Assembly: GCA_900759325.1 (NCBI GenBank)
Contig: CAAEUW010000025.1
Span: forward strand, 16,057 to 80,056
Direction of reading: 5' to 3'
From: an uncultured Peptostreptococcus sp.
GTDB lineage: Bacteria; Bacillota; Clostridia; Peptostreptococcales; Peptostreptococcaceae
DNA: 64,000 bases
Positions within the stretch are counted from its first letter, which is position 1; each line of letters opens with the position of its first letter. This document shows positions 43,314 to 52,365 of the stretch, piece by piece. The notes under the pieces were generated by a model, which saw only the letters and a program-made list of their open reading frames with translations, did not search any database and had not been told where the DNA came from. The position numbers were made by a program, and so were the translations under genes.

Positions 43314-43895
43314 ATGGAAAATAAACCAATAAGACCCCAGAATCAAGAGGATGATATAAGGAGACCGCAAGATACAAATAAAAATAATATGGCTAGGAAA
43401 ATGGCTCTTATGGGTCTTCTCCTAGCCTTTAATTCAATAATATATATACTGGTCAACTATATACCTACAAATACTATAGCCCTTTTGGTTCTTGCCAGTC
43501 TACCTGCCCTAGTGGTAGTAGTAGAATTTGGTCTAAGGAATGGGGCCCTTTACACCTTGGGATCTATAATCTTAGCCTTTTTACTGATAGGCAACAAGGT
43601 CCACTTTGTGACCTACCTACTAACCTTTTCTACCTATCCCCTAATAAAGGCCCTGGTAGAAAAAATAGGGTCACTTAAGCTAGAGCTAGGGTTAAAGCTA
43701 GCCTACGCCAACCTTGTCTTTCTAGTGGTCTACCTGGTATATGGACAGTTTGTGGCTATAAATGACCTAATATCTAAGTATATACCGATTTCACTCTTGG
43801 TCTACAATATATGCTTTTTGATTTATGACAAGGGTCTAAGTCAATTTGTAGTCTATTATATTGACAAGCTGTCAAAACTTATAAGGATGAGATAG
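43314..43895 (+). CDS. Membrane protein, about 5-6 TM (DUF2232-like)
   Basis: Alternating hydrophobic helices, YPLIKALVE and IYD motifs; RBS GGAGG. Confidence 0.7.
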   Translation: MENKPIRPQNQEDDIRRPQDTNKNNMARKMALMGLLLAFNSIIYILVNYIPTNTIALLVLASLPALVVVVEFGLRNGALYTLGSIILAFLLIGNKVHFVTYLLTFSTYPLIKALVEKIGSLKLELGLKLAYANLVFLVVYLVYGQFVAINDLISKYIPISLLVYNICFLIYDKGLSQFVVYYIDKLSKLIRMR

Positions 43896-44186
43896 CTATC
43901 TCTCCAAGGCGTCAGCGATTCTTTCAAGGGCATCGGCTATCCTAGCTAAAGAGCTAGTGATATCTGGGCCCTTTTTTTGCTTGTCTTCTGGGTCAGCAAA
44001 GGGGTCATCCTCTAGGTCATTCATTAGCTGGCTACCCTCTGGTAGAACTATTTTAATACCTTCTCCATCAAAATCTTGGTCAAAATCACTATCGAAGTCA
44101 TCATCGAAATTTTCATCGAAGTCTTCAATTAGGCTTTTTGCCTGGTCATTTTCTTCATCAAATTTAAGTAATTTCTTGTTGTACAT
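43896..44186 (-). CDS. Acidic low-complexity hypothetical protein
   Basis: RBS GAGG; DFD repeats and tandem RIADALE. Confidence 0.65.
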   Translation of the reverse strand: MYNKKLLKFDEENDQAKSLIEDFDENFDDDFDSDFDQDFDGEGIKIVLPEGSQLMNDLEDDPFADPEDKQKKGPDITSSLARIADALERIADALER

Positions 44187-44211
44187 AGGAAACCTCACTT
44201 TCTATCAACTA

Positions 44212-44946
44212 TTAGCAACAATCCTCTATATGAAGGACAGATGTTGGTACCTGATATATGACGTCTTTTCTTTCTATAATAACAAGGGTATTATTCTTCA
44301 AGGCATCATCTTTGTTTAGCTGGTGGAGCATTTCCCTAGAAGGGTTTATAGCTATAGGGAAACCAACCCTCTTGAGCATGCTTATATCACCATTTGTATC
44401 TCCATAGGCATAGGACTTATCCATATCTATAGAATGCTTGTCTATAAAATACTGTAGGGCCTTGTCCTTACTGTCCGACCCCCACATGGGAGATACACCC
44501 CCAGTCATCTTTCCGTCTTCTACAAAGTACTTGCTACCTATATAGTCAGTAGCCTTGTATTTTTCAGCCATCCTGCTGACCAAAAAGTCTGGTGAGCCAG
44601 ATATAAAGATAATCTTGTGGCCCTGGTCCTGGTGCCATTTAATCCTAGATCTAGTATACCTGTATACCCTGTCAGCCTTGAGTTTGATTACCTGGTCGCT
44701 GGCAAAGTCGACTGATGTCTTGTCAAGCCCAGTCAAGGCCTCAACATAGTGGTCTGATATTTCATGTAGGTAGTCGTCGTAGTTACCCTGTCTTTTTTCC
44801 CAGTTCATATAGGTTGTCTCCAATTGCTCGGACCACTCCCTCCTGTGAATCAGGTCATACTGGATCAATTTCCTAAAATGCTCTATTAAAAGAGAATCCC
44901 TGTACAGGGTCCCGTCTATATCAAAAAAAGCAGCTATATTAGCCAT
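44212..44946 (-). CDS. HAD-IB family hydrolase
   Basis: FFDIDGTL, ISGSP, AYGDTNGD and INP. Confidence 0.92.
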   Translation of the reverse strand: MANIAAFFDIDGTLYRDSLLIEHFRKLIQYDLIHRREWSEQLETTYMNWEKRQGNYDDYLHEISDHYVEALTGLDKTSVDFASDQVIKLKADRVYRYTRSRIKWHQDQGHKIIFISGSPDFLVSRMAEKYKATDYIGSKYFVEDGKMTGGVSPMWGSDSKDKALQYFIDKHSIDMDKSYAYGDTNGDISMLKRVGFPIAINPSREMLHQLNKDDALKNNTLVIIERKDVIYQVPTSVLHIEDCC

Positions 44947-45074
44947 GTTTTCTACCCCCTTCCATATATGGTTATTATACCAAAAAAGTATGAAAACCTC
45001 AATTTACAAAATTATTTGATATAAGATAGCCTAGGCCTTATAATAGAGTATATGTAGATATAATAGGAGGAAGT

Positions 45075-46292
45075 ATGAAGAAGTTTAAAAGAGCTTTTTG
45101 CACTAATACACGACTAATGGGGACCATGATGCTGATGGTTGAATGGTTTTACGGCTTTGATATAGATATGGGGTCTGGAGAGGACCTTGAAAATAGGAAT
45201 AAGAAGGAGGCTCTTGACTTTGGCTATGATAGGGGCCTGGTTTCTCATGTATTTATCCTGGATGCTGAGGGCCTGGGCATATCAGACCTTTACATATTGA
45301 AGGATATGGACCAGGAGGCTAGAGACCTTTTCTATAGGAAAAAATATGGGGGCCTAGGTGGGGTAAATATAGACCTTAGAGAGGACCAGGTTGCATATTT
45401 AGTAAAGAAGTATAGGAGAAAGAATGAATGGTACAATAAGCCTCTTCCAGAAGACTTTGAAGAGGTATACCAGGACTTTTATGATGGATATGATACGGAA
45501 TCAGTAGATACAGTCGCCTTATTTGATAGCCTATGCAAGGAAATGGAATCAGAATATGAATTTGTAAACTATATGATTATGAGATTTGTAGCCAGGGACT
45601 GGGATGGTCTCCTACATTACTCTGGTAGTGATCTAGTGGCAGCCAGCCATATCAGCCAGATAAACGGGGCCCTTCTATACAACTATATAGAGAGGAAGAG
45701 TCAAGATAGGTACCTTTGTAGGGCCATATATGAGGATATAGATGGATACTATGATGCCAATATAGTAGTGAATATAGCCCATGAGGATGTAGAAGAGGAC
45801 AGGCTAGTTTACTATGACAAACCAAAGAAGTACAGCCTAAGGTCCTTTATGGTAATGAGTAAGGAAGAAATCTATGACTATGAAGTTTTTGATATGATAT
45901 CTAAGCCGGAAATCGTCGATATCTACCAGCCAATAGACGATGACTATGATATGTCTAAATTGGCTAGTAAACTTAGGGGTATATATCCAGGAATTCAGGA
46001 GTTGGCTTATGAAAAGGGGATTCTCTTTACCCAGTATTACCAGGATAATTCCCACCTTGACAGTCAGGTCTACTTGATTAACAATGACCTTATGTTTAAT
46101 ATTTTTCTAACAGAAAATATCCTTTATCTGGCCACTTTTGACCTAGATACTAGGTCCTTTGTCGAGTACGTATTTAAGGACAGTTTTGGAGAGAAAATAA
46201 GGCTGGTAGACAGCTTGGAATTTGAACAAAATCTACTTTTTGACTTTGTAGAGTCTGGCAATGACGACTTTTATGATTTTTTAGATAATTGA
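45075..46292 (+). CDS. Hypothetical protein (405 aa, acidic)
   Basis: Long ORF with RBS AGGAGG and host codon use; no motif recognised. Confidence 0.8.
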   Translation: MKKFKRAFCTNTRLMGTMMLMVEWFYGFDIDMGSGEDLENRNKKEALDFGYDRGLVSHVFILDAEGLGISDLYILKDMDQEARDLFYRKKYGGLGGVNIDLREDQVAYLVKKYRRKNEWYNKPLPEDFEEVYQDFYDGYDTESVDTVALFDSLCKEMESEYEFVNYMIMRFVARDWDGLLHYSGSDLVAASHISQINGALLYNYIERKSQDRYLCRAIYEDIDGYYDANIVVNIAHEDVEEDRLVYYDKPKKYSLRSFMVMSKEEIYDYEVFDMISKPEIVDIYQPIDDDYDMSKLASKLRGIYPGIQELAYEKGILFTQYYQDNSHLDSQVYLINNDLMFNIFLTENILYLATFDLDTRSFVEYVFKDSFGEKIRLVDSLEFEQNLLFDFVESGNDDFYDFLDN

Positions 46293-46402
46293 ATTTTGTC
46301 AACTTTTAGGCAAATCTTCCTTTACAAATATAGATATGATATAATTAAAGGACTGGAATTGGGCTTGAATATACATGAAAAATGAAAGGTGGATAATCTA
46401 GA

Positions 46403-47062
46403 ATGACTATAAGTGATTACAGTGGAGAAGTGGCTAATTTTGACACATTTTTGAGCTATTTAGATGCTATGGCCATGATAATATCAGAAATGTTTGGGAG
46501 TAATTGTGAAGTTGTAATATCTGACTTAGACGACCCTGAAAATTCGATTTTATCTATTTATAATGGTCAAGTGACAGGGAGAAAGCCGGGCGACCCCCTT
46601 ACAACAAGGCCGGAAGAGTTAATAGAAAGGAGTAGGGGTGGCTACAATGTAAACTACAAGAAGGCTAACAAGAGGATTAAGAAGGAAATAAAGTCTTCTA
46701 CAATAGTTACAAGTGCCTTTGGAAGAAATGTCTCCTTTTGTATAAATTATGATTGTGATGATTTGACCGTACTCCACTCACAGTTGAAGAAGTTTCTATC
46801 TATGGGTGATGAAGCCTATGATGAATTTGATGTATTTGATAGCGGTGAATTAGTAGAACAGAAGTTCCATATAGAATTGGAAAAGATGAATAAGAAGATT
46901 GTCGGTATGAATAAGAACGATAGAATTAACCTGATCAGAAACCTTAAGCATGCCGGAGTATTCAAGATACAAAAGAGTGTTCCGTATGTAGCAGAGCAGC
47001 TTGGTGTATCTAGGTATACAATATATAACTACCTGAACGAAATCCAAGACGAAGGAAAATAA
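46403..47062 (+). CDS. YheO/DauR-like PAS + HTH regulator
   Basis: FGSNCEVV, NGQVTGR, IKSST, CIN and VAEQLGVSRYTIYNYL. Confidence 0.9.
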   Translation: MTISDYSGEVANFDTFLSYLDAMAMIISEMFGSNCEVVISDLDDPENSILSIYNGQVTGRKPGDPLTTRPEELIERSRGGYNVNYKKANKRIKKEIKSSTIVTSAFGRNVSFCINYDCDDLTVLHSQLKKFLSMGDEAYDEFDVFDSGELVEQKFHIELEKMNKKIVGMNKNDRINLIRNLKHAGVFKIQKSVPYVAEQLGVSRYTIYNYLNEIQDEGK

Positions 47063-47153
47063 AAAATATTTTTTTTAATTTATGTGTTTAAAAGGGGAGA
47101 AAGTTGGGAAGATATATAATACAAACATAATAAATTAAAATACTCAATCTCCC

Positions 47154-47186
47154 CAAGACAGAATCTCATCCCCCGAGATTCTGTCT
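47154..47186. terminator. Perfect hairpin between convergent genes
   Basis: AAGACAGAATCTC-ATCCCCC-GAGATTCTGTCTT. Confidence 0.7.
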
Positions 47187-47196
47187 TACTTTATGC

Positions 47197-47442
47197 CTAT
47201 TTTTTTACAAAAGACTTGCCTAGGTATTTCTTGATATCCTCTTCAGGCGAGAAGTCATCTATCAGTATTTCCTTACCAGTATCTTCAAATACAACTAGGA
47301 CCTCACAGTCACCCTGTAGGAAAAACTTCCTTACAGTCTCTTCCTTAACCTCTCTAACCTTGACTATATTCTTTTTTTCTTTTTCAAAATCCTTAGTGTA
47401 GTAGCTACCCATCATATTTATAAATTTAGTATATCTATTCAT
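47197..47442 (-). CDS. Small hypothetical protein (81 aa)
   Basis: RBS GGAGG; upstream TTGACA...TGnTATATT promoter-like sequence. Confidence 0.75.
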   Translation of the reverse strand: MNRYTKFINMMGSYYTKDFEKEKKNIVKVREVKEETVRKFFLQGDCEVLVVFEDTGKEILIDDFSPEEDIKKYLGKSFVKK

Positions 47443-47594
47443 GCTTTTACCTCCAAAACATATATACACTTAAATATAACACGCTAAGTTTGACAATGTC
47501 AAATAGATATAATGCAAATTGGGACTAGGTATGATAAAATATATAGGGTAAGAAAAATATATGAAAATATATTAGGTTTAAAGTAGGTGGAAGA

Positions 47595-48524
47595 ATGAAA
47601 CTAAGAAATATAAAGGGAAATACCTACATGTTTAATGGAGGAACAAACACAGGGGTATACCTGTTTGAAAATAATGATGCCCTCCTGATAGATACAGGTC
47701 TTGCCGGCAAGCGTCAAGAGAAGATTATAGGTGTTTTTAAGGAAAATAATATAAATGTAAGGTATATAATAAATACACATGAACACGAGGATCATATAGG
47801 TGGCAATTACCAGATCAAGAAGGCCTTTCCAGATGCTAGGATATATTCATCCTACCAGTCTAGGGTCTATGCAGAAAATCCAAACCACTATATGGACTAC
47901 CTGATGGGAGGAACTAGGTCCAAGTACCTAGTAAAGACCCTAGAGGAATACATGGCTCTACCAGGTCCAGATGAAGATATAAGGCTGGTTGACGAAACCA
48001 TATATCCAGGCCAGGTCCTAGACCTTTGTGGCCATAAATTTAAGGTGATTAATTGCTGTGGTCATACTGAGGGGTCTATAGGCATAGTTACAGACGATGG
48101 TGTATTTTTCATATCAGACCTCTTGGTAACTAAAAACTCACTAGACAAGTTTGACTTCCTATTTATGCACGACTATAAGGAACAGATGAAGTCACTTGAT
48201 AGGCTGAGGATGATTGACTTTGAAATAGGTGTCTTGGGACACTCAAGAAAGAACTATTCAAAGCAGGAGGTGCTTGAAATTGCCAATGAAAACCACAAGG
48301 CCCTTATGAGGATGATAAGGGTAGTTTTAGAGGCAGTCAAGGACAAGGCAACCATGGATGATATAGAGCAATATATAACCCTGAAGAACAAGCTACCCTT
48401 TGACTATTTGGCCTATATGATATATAGGAACGCCCTTAATGCGGTAGTATCATACCTCATGGATGAGGAAGTAATAGAGTTTATTATAGAGGACAACAGG
48501 CTTTACTACAAGCTCAAGGACTAG
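47595..48524 (+). CDS. MBL-fold metallo-hydrolase
   Basis: LIDTG, THEHEDHIGG, GHT, SD and GH. Confidence 0.9.
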   Translation: MKLRNIKGNTYMFNGGTNTGVYLFENNDALLIDTGLAGKRQEKIIGVFKENNINVRYIINTHEHEDHIGGNYQIKKAFPDARIYSSYQSRVYAENPNHYMDYLMGGTRSKYLVKTLEEYMALPGPDEDIRLVDETIYPGQVLDLCGHKFKVINCCGHTEGSIGIVTDDGVFFISDLLVTKNSLDKFDFLFMHDYKEQMKSLDRLRMIDFEIGVLGHSRKNYSKQEVLEIANENHKALMRMIRVVLEAVKDKATMDDIEQYITLKNKLPFDYLAYMIYRNALNAVVSYLMDEEVIEFIIEDNRLYYKLKD

Positions 48525-48682
48525 AAGAAGGCAAATAATAATAAATAAAAGCAAGTAAAAATATGTAAAAATAAGCAAAAGGCAAGTATAATACAGGCAA
48601 AAAAGTAACCGGCAAGTAATAGACTAGCAAAATATATGATAGGTTTCATATTCAATTAAAGGTTAGGAAGTTGGGTGATTTT

Positions 48683-49471
48683 ATGGAATACGAACAGTGG
48701 CTAGAAATAATTAGACCCTACTCATATGCAGTAGAGGAGCTAAAGATTAAATTTAGAAATGTTAGAAATGACTATTTGGATACCAAACAACATTCCCCGG
48801 TTGAGTTTGTAACTGGAAGGACAAAGAAGCTCTCTTCAGCCCTTGCCAAGATGAAAAAACTTGATATAGACAAGATAGAGGACATAGAAGACCTGGCCGG
48901 TATAAGGATAATGTGTCAGTTTGTTGAGGATATTTATGTAATAGTTGATATCATAAAGGGTAGAAATGACATGTCTATAGTCCTGGAAAAGGACTATATC
49001 AATAATGCCAAGGAAAGTGGTTACAGGAGTTACCACCTAATAGTTAAGTATCCGGTTAATACCATACACGGGGTAAAGGAAGTCCAGTGTGAGATCCAGA
49101 TCCGTACACTTTCAATGAACTTTTGGGCTACTATAGAACACTCTTTAAAGTATAAGTACGACCACTATATACCAGATGAATTGGCTTATAGGCTAAAGAG
49201 GGCTGCAGATGCCGCCTTTATGCTTGACCAGGAGATGGGAGAGATAAGAGAAGAAATAATTAAGGCACAAGAGCTATTTACAGAAAAGGAATATGTATTG
49301 ACAGATATCTACTCCAGGGTAAACAAGCTCAAGGAATTGGGTGATGGGGAAAATTACTATCTTTACAGGATGAAGATGAATGAAATTTCTAGGTCTAGGA
49401 ATATAAAATCCCTGCTAGAGCTTAAAGAAGAATTGGATGAAATCTTAAACAAGACCAAGGTTAATTTATAA
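48683..49471 (+). CDS. Small alarmone synthetase (RelQ/RelP-type GTP pyrophosphokinase)
   Basis: RTKKLSS, DLAGIRI, KESGYRSYH, EIQIRT and WATIEHSLKYK; no HD hydrolase domain. Confidence 0.92.
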   Translation: MEYEQWLEIIRPYSYAVEELKIKFRNVRNDYLDTKQHSPVEFVTGRTKKLSSALAKMKKLDIDKIEDIEDLAGIRIMCQFVEDIYVIVDIIKGRNDMSIVLEKDYINNAKESGYRSYHLIVKYPVNTIHGVKEVQCEIQIRTLSMNFWATIEHSLKYKYDHYIPDELAYRLKRAADAAFMLDQEMGEIREEIIKAQELFTEKEYVLTDIYSRVNKLKELGDGENYYLYRMKMNEISRSRNIKSLLELKEELDEILNKTKVNL

Positions 49472-49482
49472 TAGGAGACAAG

Positions 49483-50193
49483 ATGAAAATTTTTGCAATA
49501 GGAGACCTCCACCTATCAGGCAGTGTGGACAAGCCTATGAATATCTTTGGAGACCACTGGAAGGGTCACGACATGAAGATTTTCCAGGACTGGTCAGCCA
49601 GGGTAACTGATGATGATGTGGTCCTAGTAGTGGGAGACATATCTTGGGCCTCAAAACTAAAGGATGCCCAGGTAGACCTTGACCAGATAGCCAAGCTACC
49701 AGGCAAGAAGTACTTTATAAGGGGCAACCATGACTATTGGTGGACTACGGCAACAGGCCTTAACAAGTTATATGGTGATAATATGATATTTATGAATACC
49801 ACTTTTCACAAGTTAGGTCCATATGCCTTGTGTGGGACAAGGGGTTGGTTGAGTCCCAATGAAATAAAGTTTGATGATAAGGATGAGGTTATATACAAGA
49901 GGGAGGCTAAGAGACTAGAAATATCCCTAGAAGGGGCAAAAAAGGCTGGCTATGAGGACTATATAGTAATCCTCCACTACCCACCTACTAACGAAAAATT
50001 TGAAGACTCTCTCTATATGGAAGTAATAAATAAGTACAAGCCAAGGTATGTAATATATGGTCACCTGCATGGGAAGGACAGTTTTGAAGCTGGTCTCAAG
50101 GGTCTACATGACGGTGTGTCCTACCACTTGGTAGCCTGTGACTACTTGGACTTTAAATTGGCCCTAATTGAAGACCTGGGTCAGAAAGACTAG
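49483..50193 (+). CDS. Calcineurin-like metallophosphoesterase
   Basis: GDLH, GD, GNHD, HYPP and GHLH. Confidence 0.9.
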   Translation: MKIFAIGDLHLSGSVDKPMNIFGDHWKGHDMKIFQDWSARVTDDDVVLVVGDISWASKLKDAQVDLDQIAKLPGKKYFIRGNHDYWWTTATGLNKLYGDNMIFMNTTFHKLGPYALCGTRGWLSPNEIKFDDKDEVIYKREAKRLEISLEGAKKAGYEDYIVILHYPPTNEKFEDSLYMEVINKYKPRYVIYGHLHGKDSFEAGLKGLHDGVSYHLVACDYLDFKLALIEDLGQKD

Positions 50194-50323
50194 GCGGGCA
50201 AAAAGTTAAGGAAAGGCTAGAAAAGGCCAAGAAGGGCTAAAAAACTAAAAACCCTAAAAATCTAAAAATCCTAAAAAAGTAAGAAAAGCCATATAGATAA
50301 TATAAAATCAAGAGGGGGAAGAT

Positions 50324-50878
50324 ATGACTAGGAATATATGTATAGATATAGATGGAACTATGACAAGTCCCTACTTCTTTATACCCTATTTGAACAAGTT
50401 GACTGGTAAAAACCTGGGTATTGAGGACTATACCTCTATAGACTGGAATGTTACCTATGGACCAGAACATAGCCAGATGTACAAGGACTTTGACCATATC
50501 CATACCGATATTTACTGGGAAAATGAACTCCTAGAGGGGGTCAAGGACCTGGTCAATGACCTCTATGATAGGGGGGATAGGGTATATATAGTAACTGCTA
50601 GGAGTAGCGCCATAGCCCATGTTACCAATGCCTGGATAGACAAGCAGGGTATAAGGTATACTGATATTTTTTCTATCAGTGGCAATGAGGGTAAGGTAGC
50701 CATGGCTGAAAAATTGGCCTGTGACTACTTTATAGAAGATGACCCAACCAATGCCGTAAACCTGGATAAGGCAGGCTATAGGGTAATACTTATGGACGCC
50801 ATGTACAATAGGGATGTCGAGGGTGACAATATTACTAGGGTAGAAAATTGGGAAGAGGTAAGAAAGCTACTCTTGTAG
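50324..50878 (+). CDS. HAD nucleotidase, NT5C/YqfW-like
   Basis: DIDGT, VTAR, K, FIEDD and YN. Confidence 0.85.
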   Translation: MTRNICIDIDGTMTSPYFFIPYLNKLTGKNLGIEDYTSIDWNVTYGPEHSQMYKDFDHIHTDIYWENELLEGVKDLVNDLYDRGDRVYIVTARSSAIAHVTNAWIDKQGIRYTDIFSISGNEGKVAMAEKLACDYFIEDDPTNAVNLDKAGYRVILMDAMYNRDVEGDNITRVENWEEVRKLLL

Positions 50879-51011
50879 GTAGAGATATAAGTATATAGGT
50901 TAGGATAGAAAATAATCTAGTAGGAAAATATAGCTCAGTATAGAAGATATATGTGAATCAGAAAAAAGATATAATTCTGGGCATTAGGGGAAAAATCAAT
51001 ATGTATATAAT

Positions 51012-51055
51012 TAGCGTTGATGAGGAAAAATAGGACCTATCAACGCTATTTTTTT
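51012..51055 (+). terminator. Terminator after the synthetase-phosphatase cluster
   Basis: TAGCGTTGAT...ATCAACGCTA followed by a T-tract. Confidence 0.7.
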
Positions 51056-51277
51056 AGGAAATAAAGGCAAAATGTTTTTAAAATGGAGGGGATATAGTCT
51101 TTTTAGTTGGCTAAAAATAGGGATTTCTATGGTTTTTGTGAATATACAAAAAATTTTGAAAAATACATAATTTTTTCGTGAAAATGATTTATTTTTTTAG
51201 TGAATAGACTATAATAGAATACGAAATGATTTTCATAATTGTTAAATCTAATATTACATAGTAAGGAGGCTTTTTTC

Positions 51278-52147
51278 GTGCTTGAATTAAAAGATGAAGG
51301 TAATTTTTTAGAATTAGTGGCTAATGGTGAATATAAGACCTTATACAATGGACAAGATATAGATTTAGAATCTCTTGATATAGAAGACTTTAATGACAGG
51401 GTCTTGCTTATGAGGTCTATCAATGGGGATAGGTCGGCTAGGAATAAGTTTATATTGGGTAAGATTGACTATATAAGAAAAATCGTTACATGTGATAATG
51501 AGATAAAGAGCTTTAAGGCTCGGGGCCTAGATGATGACGACCTATTCCAGACAGGGGTAATGGGCGTTCTTTGTGCTATAGATAAATTCGATTTTAGACC
51601 AGGGGTAAAGGTGAAGACTTATATAAACAATAATGTTAAGTATAGTATAAAGAATGCATATAGAAAATACGGGTCTATAAGTGTATCTAGAGAGGCTAAT
51701 TCTATCTACAGGATCTGCTCCAGACAAATGGACCTATTGGAGGATAAGATTGATTCAAGCAAAATATTAAAAATATCACGGGAGACCAATATATCTCCCT
51801 CAAGGTTGGAATATGGAATTATGGCAGTAAAGAGTAGGAATTGCCAGTACAGGTACGACAATGATGGATGTCTAGATACAGACCTTGCATCTATGGAAAA
51901 ATATTCTCAGAAAGTTCTAATGAACTATAATCAGGAAGAAAATCTCAAATTCAATTATTGGCTAGTCATGGAAGCCATAGCCAGACTAGAGGGAAGAGAA
52001 AATTTGGTTATCACGGAAATCTACATAAATGACAAGACCCAAAAAGAAGTGGCTCGCCAGCTAGGATGTTCAACTACATCTGTAGGGAATATCAAGAGGA
52101 GGGCCCTAGAAAAGATCAGGAATATGTTGAGGGATGTTGAGGACTAA
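51278..52147 (+). CDS. Divergent sigma-70 factor of the SigG/SigF/SigB group
   Basis: GDRSARNKF, RGLDDDDLFQTG, AIDKFD and GSISVSR; region 4 KTQKEVARQLG; GTG start after AAGGAGG. Confidence 0.8.
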   Translation: MLELKDEGNFLELVANGEYKTLYNGQDIDLESLDIEDFNDRVLLMRSINGDRSARNKFILGKIDYIRKIVTCDNEIKSFKARGLDDDDLFQTGVMGVLCAIDKFDFRPGVKVKTYINNNVKYSIKNAYRKYGSISVSREANSIYRICSRQMDLLEDKIDSSKILKISRETNISPSRLEYGIMAVKSRNCQYRYDNDGCLDTDLASMEKYSQKVLMNYNQEENLKFNYWLVMEAIARLEGRENLVITEIYINDKTQKEVARQLGCSTTSVGNIKRRALEKIRNMLRDVED

Positions 52148-52262
52148 GCTAGCACTAGCCCAGATCTAGCATAAAAAGTAACTGGACAAAGCTTAAAATA
52201 GGTCAGGAATATATTCAATGCTAGCCAGGTTAGAAAAAGGAAAGGGATATCACACAAAAAAG

Positions 52263-52341
52263 TTTTGATATTCAAAATAAAAACTTGACTTTTATATTTC
52301 ACTCTTCTATAATTAGAAAAAGATAGTTTGTATATCAAAAT
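52263..52341 (+). promoter_or_regulatory. FASII operon promoter flanked by two FabT-like operators
   Basis: TTTTGA-TAT-TCAAAA (52263-77); TTGACT(52285)-N17-TATAAT(52308); AGTTTGTATATCAAAAT (52325-41). Confidence 0.75.
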
Positions 52342-52365
52342 ATATATGAAAAGGGGAGTGTGATA

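Noticed and set aside
48683..49471. Toxic alarmone synthetase toxin-antitoxin or anti-phage system
   Set aside because: The sequence looks like housekeeping RelQ/RelP, with host codon use, core context and no small antitoxin gene.
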